From: Blasia pusilla
Lineage: Eukaryota
Assembly (NCBI GenBank): GCA_050084515.1
Contig: CM114271.1
Coordinates: 18,290,001-18,354,000 of the forward strand
Length of the DNA: 64,000 nucleotides
Reading direction: 5' to 3'
In this document: piece after piece, positions 26,165 to 39,499 of the stretch
Layout of the letters: each line of letters begins with the position of its first letter
How positions within the stretch are numbered: the stretch's first letter is position 1
Made by a program: the position numbers and the translations under genes
The notes under the pieces: model-generated
Database searches by the model: none
The model's input: only the letters and a program-made list of their open reading frames with translations
What the model was told of the DNA's origin: nothing

Positions 26165-28200
26165 AATATGTATATCATCGCCAACTATGGAAATTGTAGG
26201 TCTCAATCTCCTAAGTGACCTCTTTACAAGCCATACTTGCATAAACCTCTCTTCATGTCTGGACAACTCTCTCCGCTATTCCATCCAACTCATTGTGATC
26301 TCGCAAAGTAGTACGATGGCGGATCAACGCTTACTCTCATATAAGGCTTGAAACTCCCTGTGAAACTCTTTATGTTCATTCGTCAATGCCTCAACCAATG
26401 CATCATAATGACTCGACACTCAATCTAGGAATGCATATGCTATTCCCTTCCAACCAACTCTATCCACTTTGAGAAGTGCTAGACCATTGCAATATATAAC
26501 AACTATGGCGCTCCATCAAAGGTAAAGGCCTTGCAAAATCTAAACTCCATCATAGCCTAATCCCATGATCGGTAGTAGATGCAAATGTGGAGTCAAAGCA
26601 TTGAAGGATGCTCAAACTCAATCATATACCATGCATCTTGCAACTAACTGATGTATGTTAGTCTGCATGTCTCACCACCAATAATATATATCTCTTCAAG
26701 TTATATGTATGCTTCACTTCAAAGTACCCCAACTTCTTTTGGGGTGTTGCACTAATTGTACTCTCTACGAAGGATGAGGCACTATGCGTACTCTTCGATC
26801 CTTCCAAACTCGTAAGACATATATTCCCTCCCACTCAAAGTGTCAAACTTGTTGTAGTATCTAATCCCTCTCTCAAGCACCCTATATACGTGTGACACAA
26901 CCGATATACATATACTCCAAGACTACCTTAGCCTAGTATATATCTCGACCAAATGTTGCCTTTTCTTTAACCTATGGATCTAAGGACTTTTTATTGAACC
27001 TCACGATAAAAGTCCGAACACAACAACTCTTTATAGCCAACAAACCCAAATAAGCTTACGCGTGCCATCCGTGCACCATCTCCTCCTTACTCTTTCCATG
27101 CCAACGAGCTCAAATCATATCTTTTTGGCTCAGGCATGGGTTACAACTCAACCCATCTACATCTTGGTTAAGCATCCTAGGTTGATATACCATTTGGAAA
27201 TCATACTCTTGCAACCATAGAGCCCACAAGGAGTTGCCAAATAAGTAATATTTGAAATGCGCCATAACTCATACTACAGCCAAACACTCATCCTCAAAAA
27301 GTTTTACTTTGCCATCTATAACATTGTTTGAGCGACTAGCGTAAGCCACCACAAACTCTCTATCCTCATCATCATGTTGGATAAGCATTGCTCCAATCCT
27401 AACATACTCTTATAATTTATACGCAATTGGAAAGGACACCCTCTAATAGGTCTCCTCAATATCTATCCCTAAGCACTTGAAATGCTCTCTCCTACTCATC
27501 CACCTTTTTTAGTAAGGTTAGTGGCTTCGAAATCAAACTAAAAGTCTTTATGTACCATAGATAGAAATTTTCCAATCCCATGAATATGCAAACTCGACTC
27601 ACATCTGTAGGGCAGCCCTTCCACGTACCTCTCTTTCATACCAAAAATCAGCTAACAAACAACACAAATGAGTGGCTTGCTCTCATGAGCCACCAAATGG
27701 GGTTTAAGGTCCTCAATCTACAAAACCAACTAGCCCCCGTATTGTAGAGCCCTCAATTTTTTATTCTCTCCTTGTAAATCAAGATTACTCAAAAATCTTT
27801 CATAAACTCTATCTCCCTCTTATATCAAACCAAACCCACTCTCCTAATGAAATGTTTGGATTACGCACAAGGCAATGAGGACCATATCTCTGTTACCTCA
27901 TGCCAAGAGGTTCAACAAAGAGAGAATGAGCTCCAAAGCTCCCTCTCTTTGGGTATACCCCCTTGCCTCTCCTAAGCTCTCTTCATGGTAATTTGCACTT
28001 GTAGATTATCTCCTTAGCTTTTGACGAGCTATACGGGGTCAAGGGCCATGTCCCAAGGTGAAAATCCAAATATAGTCATAATAGGAAATTACCCATTATA
28101 GTAAATTTTTCTATCTAACTCTAAATGAGCCAAACCGAAGGGGAAATCTGCTCTCTTAAGTTATCCGAGGCCTCAACAGATCACCCTCGATCTTTTGACA
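26165..28200 (-). mobile_element. Second degenerate copy of the same gypsy family (integrase and RNase H relics plus LTR)
   Basis: Collinear similarity to 15130-16600 (e.g. CACTTTGAGAAGTG, AACTCCATC.ATAGCCTAA, GCCAACAAACCCAAATAAGCTTACGC) and to the LTR at 13900-14330. Confidence 0.8.
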
Positions 28201-28524
28201 CATTAATGGTTTACATTAATGTAAACCATACTCACTGTGTCAATGATCACTCAATTTTATCATTAATGGTTTACATTAATGGTTATCATATGTAAACCAT
28301 TAATAAACCCTTAAATATGACTATATTTGGATTTTCACCTTGGGACATGGCCCTTGACCCCGTATAGCTCGTCAAAAGCTAAGGAGATAATCTACAAGTG
28401 CAAATTACCATGAAGAGAGCTTAGGAGAGGCAAGGGGGTATACCCAAAGAGAGGGAGTTTTGGAGCTCATTCTTTCTTTGTTGAACCTATTGGCATGAGG
28501 TAACATAGATATGGTCCTCATTGC
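27872..28524. repeat. 209-bp inverted repeat (27872-28080 / 28316-28524) made from LTR sequence
   Basis: Arms are reverse complements with about 4 mismatches; 235-bp spacer. Confidence 0.95.
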
Positions 28525-30379
28525 ATTTGGTGGCTCATGAGAGCAAGCCAATGCTTATCATATGTAAACCATTAATGGTTTACATATGATAACCATTAAT
28601 TTTATTTTTTTCAACGATGATTTATCAAAGATTTTTTTTTTATAAATATTCTTTTTGTAGTTTTTTTTCCTTATCCTCTTCCAAGGGTTGTTCATATAGT
28701 AAAGTGGATATGTAATCATGATGCGTATTGAAATTCCAATATTACCCTCAAAACACGTTTATTTATATTTTTATTGTCAATCCAATATGCATAGTAAAGA
28801 AAATAGTGAGACAACAAGACAAAATAATAATAATAATAATAATTTATCACTTAATTTTTTATTTACGCCTTTGAGAGGGAAAATGTATTCAAATTTTGGA
28901 AGAGGGGAAATTATTTAATTAAAAAAAATAATTAAAATTTTCAAGAAGCACCAACATATTATCTCAAACTAGACGAGTGGGAAGTTATTTCAATTTTCGT
29001 TGAGGAATGAAATATTATTTCAAATTTTACCAAAGAGAGGAATATTATTTTCATAAAATGAATATCCCACCTTCATTTCTTGAGGAATGAAATTATATAA
29101 AAGAATAAGATATGACTACTCCCTTGAAAAACTACATGAATTTAAAAATCATTGAAAAAGTATTTTTCTTTCTAAGTAACTGAAAAAGAACCCTTTTCGT
29201 GTTTTGCAGGGGCATGTTTACTGGTACCTCTTATGGCTATAGTGAGGGAACGATGCGGCCAAACTCAAGAAACGAGGAGGCGTGAGGACAGGAACGATAC
29301 AGTAGTAATTCGGCCTAAAAGCTCAAAGCAAGCGCAACGACGCGCTATGGCCCATCCCGAACCAAGAGGACACAGGGCATCGCGAGGACGCGTGTCACCT
29401 GGATTCAGGAATCCTGCACCGTCCGCGCCTCGGAACCCGCCATGTGTCATCATCTACCGCAATCCGCCGCTCAACGGACACAGTGCCCTCCCTCTCTCTC
29501 TCTCTCTCTGTGTCCAACTGCATCCTACTCCCTTCATGCGAACTCGCACTCTCAGGACGCGCTCGGGAACAGGAGTTCGCGCACTGGCGCCTATCAACAG
29601 CCGGCTCGTGGACAAACTCGGGTTGGGTTCATCCGGCTCCGCTGCGCCGTCGGATGTTACCAGATCATCTTGCAGAATCTGCCGGTCTGTCAGTCAGGCC
29701 GTGTGATGTGTGTGCTGGGCTGGCACAGAGCCCCCGCCCCCACGGGAAAAGGAAGGAATGCCCGTCACGGATTCCAAACCGAGAGAACGAACCGTTCGTC
29801 CTCGGCCTACGTGACAGCGTCCCAAAGGTCGCACACGATATGGGAGTAATATAAGTGTATGAGGCCGCGACGCCCATTAGCATTGGATAGACACTATACT
29901 ATCCGGTCTCTGCTGCAATAGTTGGAGGACTGGGGCCTCCTCGCTCTGCCAGCGATGCACTCAAGTCGACAAAGGCTCCGCTTTTCCCGGGCGTACATTA
30001 CTCGGCTAGATGTTGGGAAATAGGGACTACGGTGACCGGGACGTCTTCCGGTGATAGCGGTTTCGTATATGACTTTGGAATTAATTAATTAAACTCTTAA
30101 ACTCTGTATTTTCTTCGTCCGTTTCGACGAGGAACCAATCACCCAGGTCATCCAATGAGGACAGCCCGGTAAGAGGTACTAGATTACGTCCCTGATGTCT
30201 TTTCCTATATATTTGCTGAAAAGTGATATACGCTTTGCAATTAAACAAGAAGGGTAAGGAAAAGAAAAATAGCAGAGGTATATCCATACGGAAAGTACAA
30301 GGGGTTGGAGGAGTGAAAAATGAAGGCAAGGAGAAACGCATTTACTGCTAGTGGACCTTAAGATTAGTCTTTCCATTAT

Positions 30380-33300
30380 TGCTAGTGGAATGCACATTGA
30401 GAGATTTTTTTTTGTATTTCATATGAAGTATTTTTTTCCATTTGAAAGTGTATTTTTTAATTACATTATATTATTTTTATTCTCTACTTTTTATAATACT
30501 ATGTATAATTGACCATGAAAAAATATTGATATAAATAAATTTAAAAAAATTATTTTTAAGTTTGACCTTGAAATTTTTTGATAGTCATGATAAAAATAAG
30601 ACAAATAAAAAATTGAAATCTATATAAATCAAATTTTGATGTATAATATAATTCAAGTATTTGTTAAGAAAATGACATGAAAATGATTTGATAACCAATA
30701 ATACCTCTCCATAGAATTGAGACATGACTTCCGCATTAATGTCATCAACATCTCGATTGTTTGGTGTAAGAATTGTTGTACCTCTTAAACACGTGATATC
30801 GCGTCATTTCCATAGATGATGTCAATAAGATCACTTATATTCTTACTCTTGGTCACAATATCATTTAAAAATCATATAAAATCCTTTCCCAAGGGAGATT
30901 CAGAAGGCACATATCCCTCTCCAACCTCCAGTAACCAATTTGCAAAAGGTTGTTGTTGTAAACGTATGTTCACCTCCAAATTTTGAACTCTCATAATTTT
31001 TGTAAGCTTCATTACCCTCACATGAGACCATAAATATGACCTCTTCAATATAGCTTGAATTATTTTTGGACACTGTCCATGACGAACAACAAGTAACACT
31101 TGGCAAAAATCCCCACCAAAGATTACTAATTTGCCACCAAACGGAACATTCCTCAAGTCTTTCGATACCACTCCCATGATATCTTGAAAGGATCGATTTA
31201 CAACCTCAAATGCATAGTGATGAGTCATCGATGCCTCACCCCATATGATAAGCAAAACCCTTTGAATCAAAAAACATACTAATATCTTTTGGTATGTTTT
31301 TTGTAATTTACCTATTAATAACAAAGTTGTGCGCTTTGCTACCTATTAATAGCAAAGCGTGCAGATTTGCTATTAATAGGTAAACTACAAAAAACAAACC
31401 AAAAGATATTAGTATGTTGGGCAAATGTTATATTTACAACATTAAAAGATTTACAAAGTCATAAATTGGTTTAATACTCACTTGCAAGTGGATTTTTCAT
31501 TTATATTAGTTGGAATCTTGAAGCGTAAGTGCGCAGTGCGTCCTCCATTTAACAACAAAGCGGTCATTCCCGAAGAAGCGACAGCTAAAGCTATGCATCC
31601 AACACCTCGTACTCTTGCAAGAAGAAGATTGTATAAAAAGGTTTTTCCTGTTCCGCCCGGCCCGTCAATGAAGAAAAATTTTGAACCAAAAGAAATATCA
31701 CCAGCAATAATGCTATCAAGTTTATTGTGTATAGCATCCCAAATCAACCGTTATCCATCATTCAAATTTTCCTCTCCTAACCTAGCTTGCTCATGCAAAA
31801 GAGTTGATCTTGATCATAGATGAGCTCTTTTGCTTCCAAATACGAGTATGAAGATGAAGCTAGGAAATCTGCTTGAGGCATATCAAAGAAATCGGATAAT
31901 CATTTTCCTTGATCTTGCAAATGGTAGTGGATATCCAATAATGTTGTGTTAGTAATTAAAGCATCTGGAATAAGACAAGGAATCCCTATTTTCTGCATAT
32001 AGAAAATGATTTGGGAATAAGTCCAAAAAAGCTGAAAATAAGAATTATTATCATAGAAATAGGAATAGGAATTATCTCACGTTGTTCATATAAGATCTCC
32101 TCCATAAGTGGGATCAAAAATTGACTCCGTAGTTGAGCAGGTCGAGTTGGGGTGTTGTAAGCGAGAATAATAGCAAAGAGTTGACGGAGCGTACGACCTG
32201 TGCGGATTTTTGATGCTTCTTGAAAGCATGAGAGCACTTCCCTATCATCCTTAAGAAGCCCCATTTGAATAGCAGCCTCCTTAAATGTTGGACATAACAC
32301 TCCTTGCACAAATCTCAAGTATTCATACTTAGTTGCGCCTCAAACATGATGAAGCAGCAACCGCAACCAATGTCGTTCTCTTTCACATATCAAAACTTCA
32401 ATGTAATCGCTTAATATACCAAAAATGGAAATAATCAAAAGGATGCTTGAAAATTTACGTAATTTGTAAATACATTATGGAAATTGCAAACACATTTACC
32501 TAGGTGAGTAAGATATAAGCGACCAATGGGATGACCAAAACCATTTCTCCTTTGAATTCTACGAAGGTCCAACGCTAATAGGAAGGAAACTCAATGTATA
32601 GATATTTTTGAGCCTCCAAATCTAACTGATTAGTTGCAAACCATTGTGTAAGAGTTGTCTCCCTATTCTTTTGTAGCATCTTCTCAACATTGTCGTAATC
32701 ATTGAAGAAAGTAGTTTGTAACTCAGGTAGATGAACTGCCAACCTTAGAATACTTGGATTTTCCACATGTAAGCTAAACTTAAACAATCTCCAACATGCT
32801 TCGGAGGAAGAAACATATCTATATATATATGATACACAAAATTGATGAACCGAAATTAGTAAAGTGTGATATGTTCTCGAATGTAGACATATTGAAGGAA
32901 TGAAAAAAATTCACAAAAGAGTGACTACCTTGCATCAAGATAATGTGAAGTTTCATCGATTACCTCCCTTGTCGTTTTAGTGCTTGCCTTATTTGAAACC
33001 TTAAATGATATCGCATCGGATCCCTTATATACATATTTGTATAAATATTTCAGAGCTAAAATGGTAGTCGAGATCTCCAAATTGATATGACAATCAAAGA
33101 GAGTACATAACAAAGGATTGTAAGGAACAACTCAACGATTGTCCAAACTTTGATCGCGCTTCATTACTTTTATTCCATTATCCAACCTATATAATAAGAA
33201 TGAAAGAAAAAATTAATATTGATTCACCTTATAAAAAATTAGAAGTTAGGGAATTTTTGAAAATCCAAAAGATACAAAGTTTATTCTTAGATTACATACC

Positions 33301-36300
33301 TTCGATAAATCGGATATCCATCCTCATTCTCCGTAGTTATGCTTGCAAAAGGCTTAAGATAAACTTTGGTACACTTCTTGGTTTCCTTATCCATGCATGG
33401 AGCATTTGGATTAAGTTGTCCATATGGGCCAAGAACCATGCAATTAACCACAGTAGAATGAAGTATGGGATGAGTGTTTGGATAGGGATCTCAACACATA
33501 TTATATCATTATAATCAGAGGTTGAGCGTGGCTTATCCTCATGATGAAGAATAATCAAAATATGTACATGTGGTAGACCTCTTTTTTGGAATTCAACCAC
33601 ATGAATGCGACCAACAACCCTTCCCAATATATGCTTCTCAAGAATAAGCCTTAATAACTCTCCTTTTTTTTTCTCAAAAACTCACACAATCGAATCTGGT
33701 CTATCAGTAGGTTGTTGACCAGATAATAGTGTTGAAGTGATCTCCTCCCATTTGGGATTGCACATCATTGTTAGAAAGTAATATGGTTCCTCATGGTGCC
33801 TCACAATGGCCATTGCATCTTGATAAAGTTGATGCATATGGCGTGGGCCTCCACTAAAAGAAGAAGACAATACAATGCGCCTCCCAAACCTTGCACCATC
33901 TCTGTCACTTTGATATAGACTTTCCTTTAGACCTTGATGTAATTCTACTCGCAATCCTTTTGATTTAATCAAACCCAAGACAGTTGTTGCATCTCTACTA
34001 TAGCATACCAATCAACCATATACTCTTGAGTAAGACGAGCAAATCGAAGCAAACGATTATCGTCATCGGCACCAACACGGGTTTGAAGTCAAAAAGAAGC
34101 AAATTGTAACGTTGTAAGTATTTTTCTCCTTCCTTCATGAAGAATCTCATCATCAATTCTTTCTTCCTCAATACAGTCATCAGATCCTTCCATGTCTCCA
34201 TCCAATGTAGTAAGAATATTGGCAGTCGTGATTTCCTCAAATTTCCCAAGAGGTATTCCTGAATGCCATCCTACTTCACCATAGACAAATAATAGAACAA
34301 ATTGCAATGGAACATATGCTTCATTTCGATCTAAAATATGACGAACTCCTCCACCATGTAATTGGACAATAATATCACGTGGGTTAACATGGTCACTATC
34401 ATCACAAAGTAAGATTGCCGCAACCTCGGATGCAATTGACAAGCGATAACGTTTGGAATCCATTCCTCGATCATGCGCCTTTAGAATGATACGAAGATTA
34501 GATCCACTTGCCTTATTTGCAATGTGTTGAAATATCCTCACATAGGGATTATGTTCATGTAACATATCTTGCAAACTTCTTAAGATCTCAAGTCGGAGAT
34601 CATTGAACATAACTCTTCCTCAATTTTCCAATTCATTTTCAATATCGTAGATGTATAGTTGAGCAAATTGGGGATTACTCCCCTCATCGGGATGCAATGG
34701 GCCAATGTTGTGATAAATTCCACCTTGAATACAAAAGTGTCTGATGCCAGCAACTTGCTACTTGAATTGAGCTCAAGTAGATGCTAACTGAAGAGAACAA
34801 TTATAAGCTTGAGTGTGTGAAACAGAATGAAGACTTTGAGCTCCAACACCAAAAATCAAAGATTCCAAGAATGAAGGATAACACCTTAAGAAAGGGAGTT
34901 GTACTTTTCCATGATTACAACACATTGCATAAGGTGAGTTAGTTTTGATACCTTGTACTCTTTACCTTTTCACACTTCCAATGTAAGGCATAACATGAAG
35001 GACATGTTTCTATCAAAGAATCAATAGTATGACGCCCTGTTACTTGGTTGGTACTTGCTCGTAGTCTTACCTTCATTATATCGCTCTCTTGGAAGTTCCC
35101 AATTCGTGCAACATTGCGTGACGTGCTAACTCTTGAAACTCGTCCAACATTATGATTTGGTGATTGAGGAATCTCCCTTGGGAGATTTAATCCATGATAC
35201 GTAGAAGATACTTGCTCGACATGTCTAGGTGTTACATGAGTAGATGCCTCAAATGTATATATGTGGAAAATTGTTGATAACCTCGTCATCTTGTTGAATA
35301 GATATCTCCTCCACCATTTTTGTACCATCATGTATAGGTTGACCATCTTCTTGAATGAACATGTCCTCCACAATGGTCGTAGCATTATTCATAGGTTGTC
35401 CATCTTGAGGTACATAGATATCCTCCATAATAGGAATGTTACATGTTACATTGGGAATGTCCATGATCCCCTCATGGGTTGCAGGCCTACAAACAAAAAG
35501 TTAGAATATGATCATCAAAATTTCATTGGATAATGCATCGTATGTGTGATATAGGAAACGTGAGAAACCACATACCATGCCTAGAACTACCTTACCTTTA
35601 AATTAGGTCTTACATAGTAGTTCGATTGTCACGGAGGTTGTGACGGCTTCCTCCTTTTACTTCCCTTCTTCTTTTCCAATCTCTTTGATAGATTGCATTT
35701 TTTTGTCTTTTCATTGCTAAACTCTCAGCACGAAGAATTCGTTTTCTTTTTTGGGCCTCCCCACGTAACACCTTTTGGAAGTCCCGAAAAGAAGTTGGAT
35801 TTGATGGAATAATAAGTTTGTGCAACCAGGTTGCATGCAAAAATGTTAGAAACGAACACCAAGAATTTGGATGAATAGGCTAAAACAGGCTCAAAGGATT
35901 AGAATCAAAATTTAAAATTACGGGCCATAGGAAAGACTTATGTAGGAGATGATTCAATGAGGAGAGGGGTTGGTTGTTGTTTTCTTCGATCTCCTAACTT
36001 TTGATCACGAACTACTCGATTTCTTTTTTGGGCCTCGGCGCGAAGTACCTTCCAATACTCGCATAAATCTACGGGATTTTCTGGGAGAGGAAGTGTATAC
36101 ACACAATAAGGCCAACATATTGTTAGATTATATGGAAAAAAGATTGCATTTAAACACCCTCACAAAAGCACAACAATAGAAAGAGATTGGAGGAACTTGG
36201 GCACCGTACGTTGGGGATATTAGACTAAGTGGAGGAGAGGTACTTCTCCATGTTGCCATCTTTGACGTAAATTTGTAATATCATGAAGTGCACGATGCTC

Positions 36301-39264
36301 CATCAAAACATCCAAAAAATATCCTTGACACACGAAGAGAAAAATGGTAAGAAAGTGGAGAAATAGATTTAGATGAAAAAAAACATAGAGTGAAAGAAAC
36401 TAGTAACGAACTTCGAAATTCTCCTCGGAGGAAAGGAAAGGAAAAAAGAAGACAAAGGAGAAGAGTGGAGAAAATTATTAAGAATTGAAAAAAAAAAAGG
36501 GGAATTAAGAAGATAATATTGAAGAGAAATAAGATAGAAGGTGTGATGTAGTAGATGAGAATTTTGCACTAAAATGGAAAGGAAGGGAGAAAGTGGAGAA
36601 GATAAAAGGTAGAGTGAAAGAAAGGAAAAGAAAGGAAAAAAGTGGATCAAAATCTTCCGAACCAAAAAAGAAAAGACAGGGAATTAAAAAGAAAAAATTG
36701 AAGAGAAATACGATAGAGCTTCTGATGTAGTAGAGTAAAACAAAATGGGAAGGGAGGGAAAAAGTGGAGAAAAGATTGGAAAAAGTGGAGAAAAAAAATA
36801 GGAAGGGAAGGGGAAAAATTTGAAAAAAAAATTCATGTAAATTTTTTAAAGAGGGGGAGAATAGAAGGGAAGAAATAATTTTATTGGAGTTTTTTCTAAA
36901 AACATTAGTGAGGGAGAGAAAGCAAATATTAGTGAAGGAAAGAAAAAAAAATGAAAAATGAAAAAAATGAAAAAAAAAAAAAAAATTTGGCCTGCAGAAT
37001 TTCCACTGTCCGATTGTTTCAATCCAGAGCGTCACATCTAGGTGAGGAAAATCTGACGATGTAGGATCATAGGTGCATCAACATTGTCAGATTCAGGGCT
37101 TTGAGATCAGAAAGTCCGATCTCAGTTATTCCCAGGCCGTTAGATCTCGAGTTGGCGGTCCGATCTCTCGAGTTCAACGGCCTCCTCACTGGCCGCTCAA
37201 GCTTCCTTCCCCCCCTTGCTCATTTCGCACAGGCCGCTCGAGCTTGTGTGCTCTCTCTAGGCGCCTCGCCCTCGCGCGCTCGCTTGCGCCCTAGGTGCGT
37301 CGCCCTGAATCTGCACAAGCCGCTTAGGCCTGTTTGCCTTGCCCTCACTCACTTTGGGAGGCCACTCGGGCATGTTTGCTCCACTCGCCCTGTCTCTTGC
37401 TGTTTCTCAATCTTGCTTGGGGGTTCTTTGCTCAAGGATCTTTTTCGATAGGCTTGGGGCTCTATTGGTTTTGCTCAAGGCTCAGGTGGTTTTTCCTGAG
37501 GTCGCGCTCCCCCCCTCGCCCTTCTTTGTTGTTTCTTGGAGGATCCGCTCTCGTTGACTTATCTGTCACATGCAGGGAAACTTGCTCCCTTCCATTGCCG
37601 TCACCTTTGGGCAAGCCTGAGCACTCTCGAGCGAGCCTCATCCCTGTGCTGTATTTTCCGCCTCCCCTTACGTCTGCCATCAAGGCCTCTCCCAATGTTC
37701 AGGCCGTGCACTTTGGCGTTCACAGACACCTTACTTTGACTGTCACCCCGTGCCTGCCCTTGTGTGATTTCACAGCAAAGAGTGTGGGTTTATTTCTGTT
37801 GGGGAGGTTGGCTTTACAAGTTGGGTAGACGCCAAGTAGGTTTTGGGTTAGGGGCGGGAGTGCTCTCAATTTTGTTCACAGTGGGTACATGATGACCAAA
37901 TGCACACATTTGCAAAATTTTCTTTACATTTCATAGAGAACTTTACAGTATAAATTTGAAGGCAACGCTCACTTGCATTGATCTCCTTTGTCTTCTAGCT
38001 TTCCTCGGTGTCTTTTATCTGCTCCTACTCGAACTTCCAGTAGAGTCTGGTTCAGTTTGCTCATGGCCTTGAACTTTCTCTTCAACTCGGATATCCTTAA
38101 TTGGCTTTGGAATGTACTCTTATGAAGAGTGCTCGTTATTTCATCCTTTGCTTGATTTCAGATCGTCATTTAGAGGCTGCTTTGATGTGGGCCGCACATG
38201 ATACTTGATCGACTATACAAGGAATTTCAAGTCACTATTTGGCTCGATGAAGGGTTCCTCTATAGGTTCTGAGGTCGGACTCAACTCCAACCTGATTGAG
38301 TCATTTTCAAAAATCGGAGACCACGACGGTCTCTCCGAAGGTGGAGTATCCGCTGGCTTAACACCATAGTATTTCTTTGAACTTGAAAGGTAAGTTTTCT
38401 TGACTGCATTGCTTCCCTTTGCTTGTATAGATTTCAAAGTTGTACGCCTTACAATCATCTCACCTCTTGTGCTCAACTTAGCTCTACAAATGAAGAAGTA
38501 TTGTTAGTAATCTGCTATTGTTGTGTGTTGGTTTTGCATGTGTCAACATTCAAAAGCATGGAAAATCACTGTTGGAAGGAGAGAACTTACAGTATAGTAG
38601 TTGTGTTCAAAATGTATTCCTTGGATATACTCCTGCAATCATGTACAACAGTTAGCATTGGGTAGAGTGGTTGTATAACCTTGCCCCTAATTAGATGTTT
38701 ATGCAGTAGTAGGCAAGAATAGAAAGTAGAACTGAGAATATAACTGTTCCATGATGCGTGAATCAAACGTGTGTATGCTTAGCTTTTTACTCCAAACAAA
38801 AAATGGAAATCCAAGCCTCACCTCCTCCTTGTGTAAAATTGTGAATGTTGAATGTTGCAAGAACGCGATGTGAGACATGGCTTAGTGATTAAATACTTGT
38901 TTATAAGACCCTTGAAGTGTCCAAACTGCCTCATTTCAAATCTGATTAGGTTTGAAATTAGATTTCATGCAATGAAATTACAATTGTCGCCCACAACTCC
39001 ACTAACTCCACTTCTTTCCTTAATGGTAAAAAATGGCTACGAGCTACTGAATTTTAATACAACGTATGGTTGGTTCTAGTATTAAAAATACAATATTACC
39101 ATACCAAACACGCCGCCACGAAATGCCTAATCGAAAATCCACACCTGGCAGCCTGGGAGGGGAGTGTGGAAGGACACGTGGCAAGCCGATATGCCTTCAT
39201 AATGGACACGTGTCATGCGGAGGAAGCCTTTGCCTGGAAGCCCTGACTCTTTCAATAGTATAGA
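30380..39264 (-). mobile_element. Decayed autonomous-type Helitron with an intron-containing Rep-helicase; 3' part truncated
   Basis: 5' end A|TCTATACTATTGAAAGAG at 39264. Zn-finger relics (CPSCYALHWKCE, MCCNHGKV), Rep motifs (YFLTMMCNPKWEEI; VVEFQKRGLPHVHILII; KYLYKYVYKG) and PIF1 helicase motifs (FIDGPGGTGKT; GRTAHLRFKIP; FGGKLVIFGGDFCQVL). The left boundary is uncertain (CTAG near 30382 without a clear hairpin). Confidence 0.85.
30704..35840 (-). pseudogene. Helitron RepHel pseudogene
   Basis: ORF fragments from 35610-35840 down to 30872-31324 lie in correct domain order, with stops and frameshifts. Introns at about 35487-35595, 33188-33299, 32820-32928 and 32381-32499, plus further donors near 31481 and 30703. 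Confidence 0.85.
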
Positions 39265-39499
39265 TAATTGAAGTTTGGACTTGTTTGGCATGGTGATATC
39301 CTATTATTCAAACTAGATTTTCTTTATTTATTGCAAGTTCATAATTCTAGATCTTATTAATAAGAGTTTAGTAAGAGCATTTGCACAATGTGTTCGTTTT
39401 GTTTTTTTTTTTTTTTTCATTTTATAACTCTACTAAGTAAGATTTCCTTTTCCTTTTCCAAACTCTCCTATGATAACTTGTGCTCGAAGGTTATCTTCT

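Noticed and set aside
29291..29302. GGAACGATACAG match to U6 snRNA
   Set aside because: Only 12 nt; the ACAGAGA box and flanking U6 sequence are absent.
36369..37035. Phe/Ser/Leu-rich minus-strand ORFs
   Set aside because: Artefact of a purine-rich low-complexity tract with an internal ~180-bp duplication.
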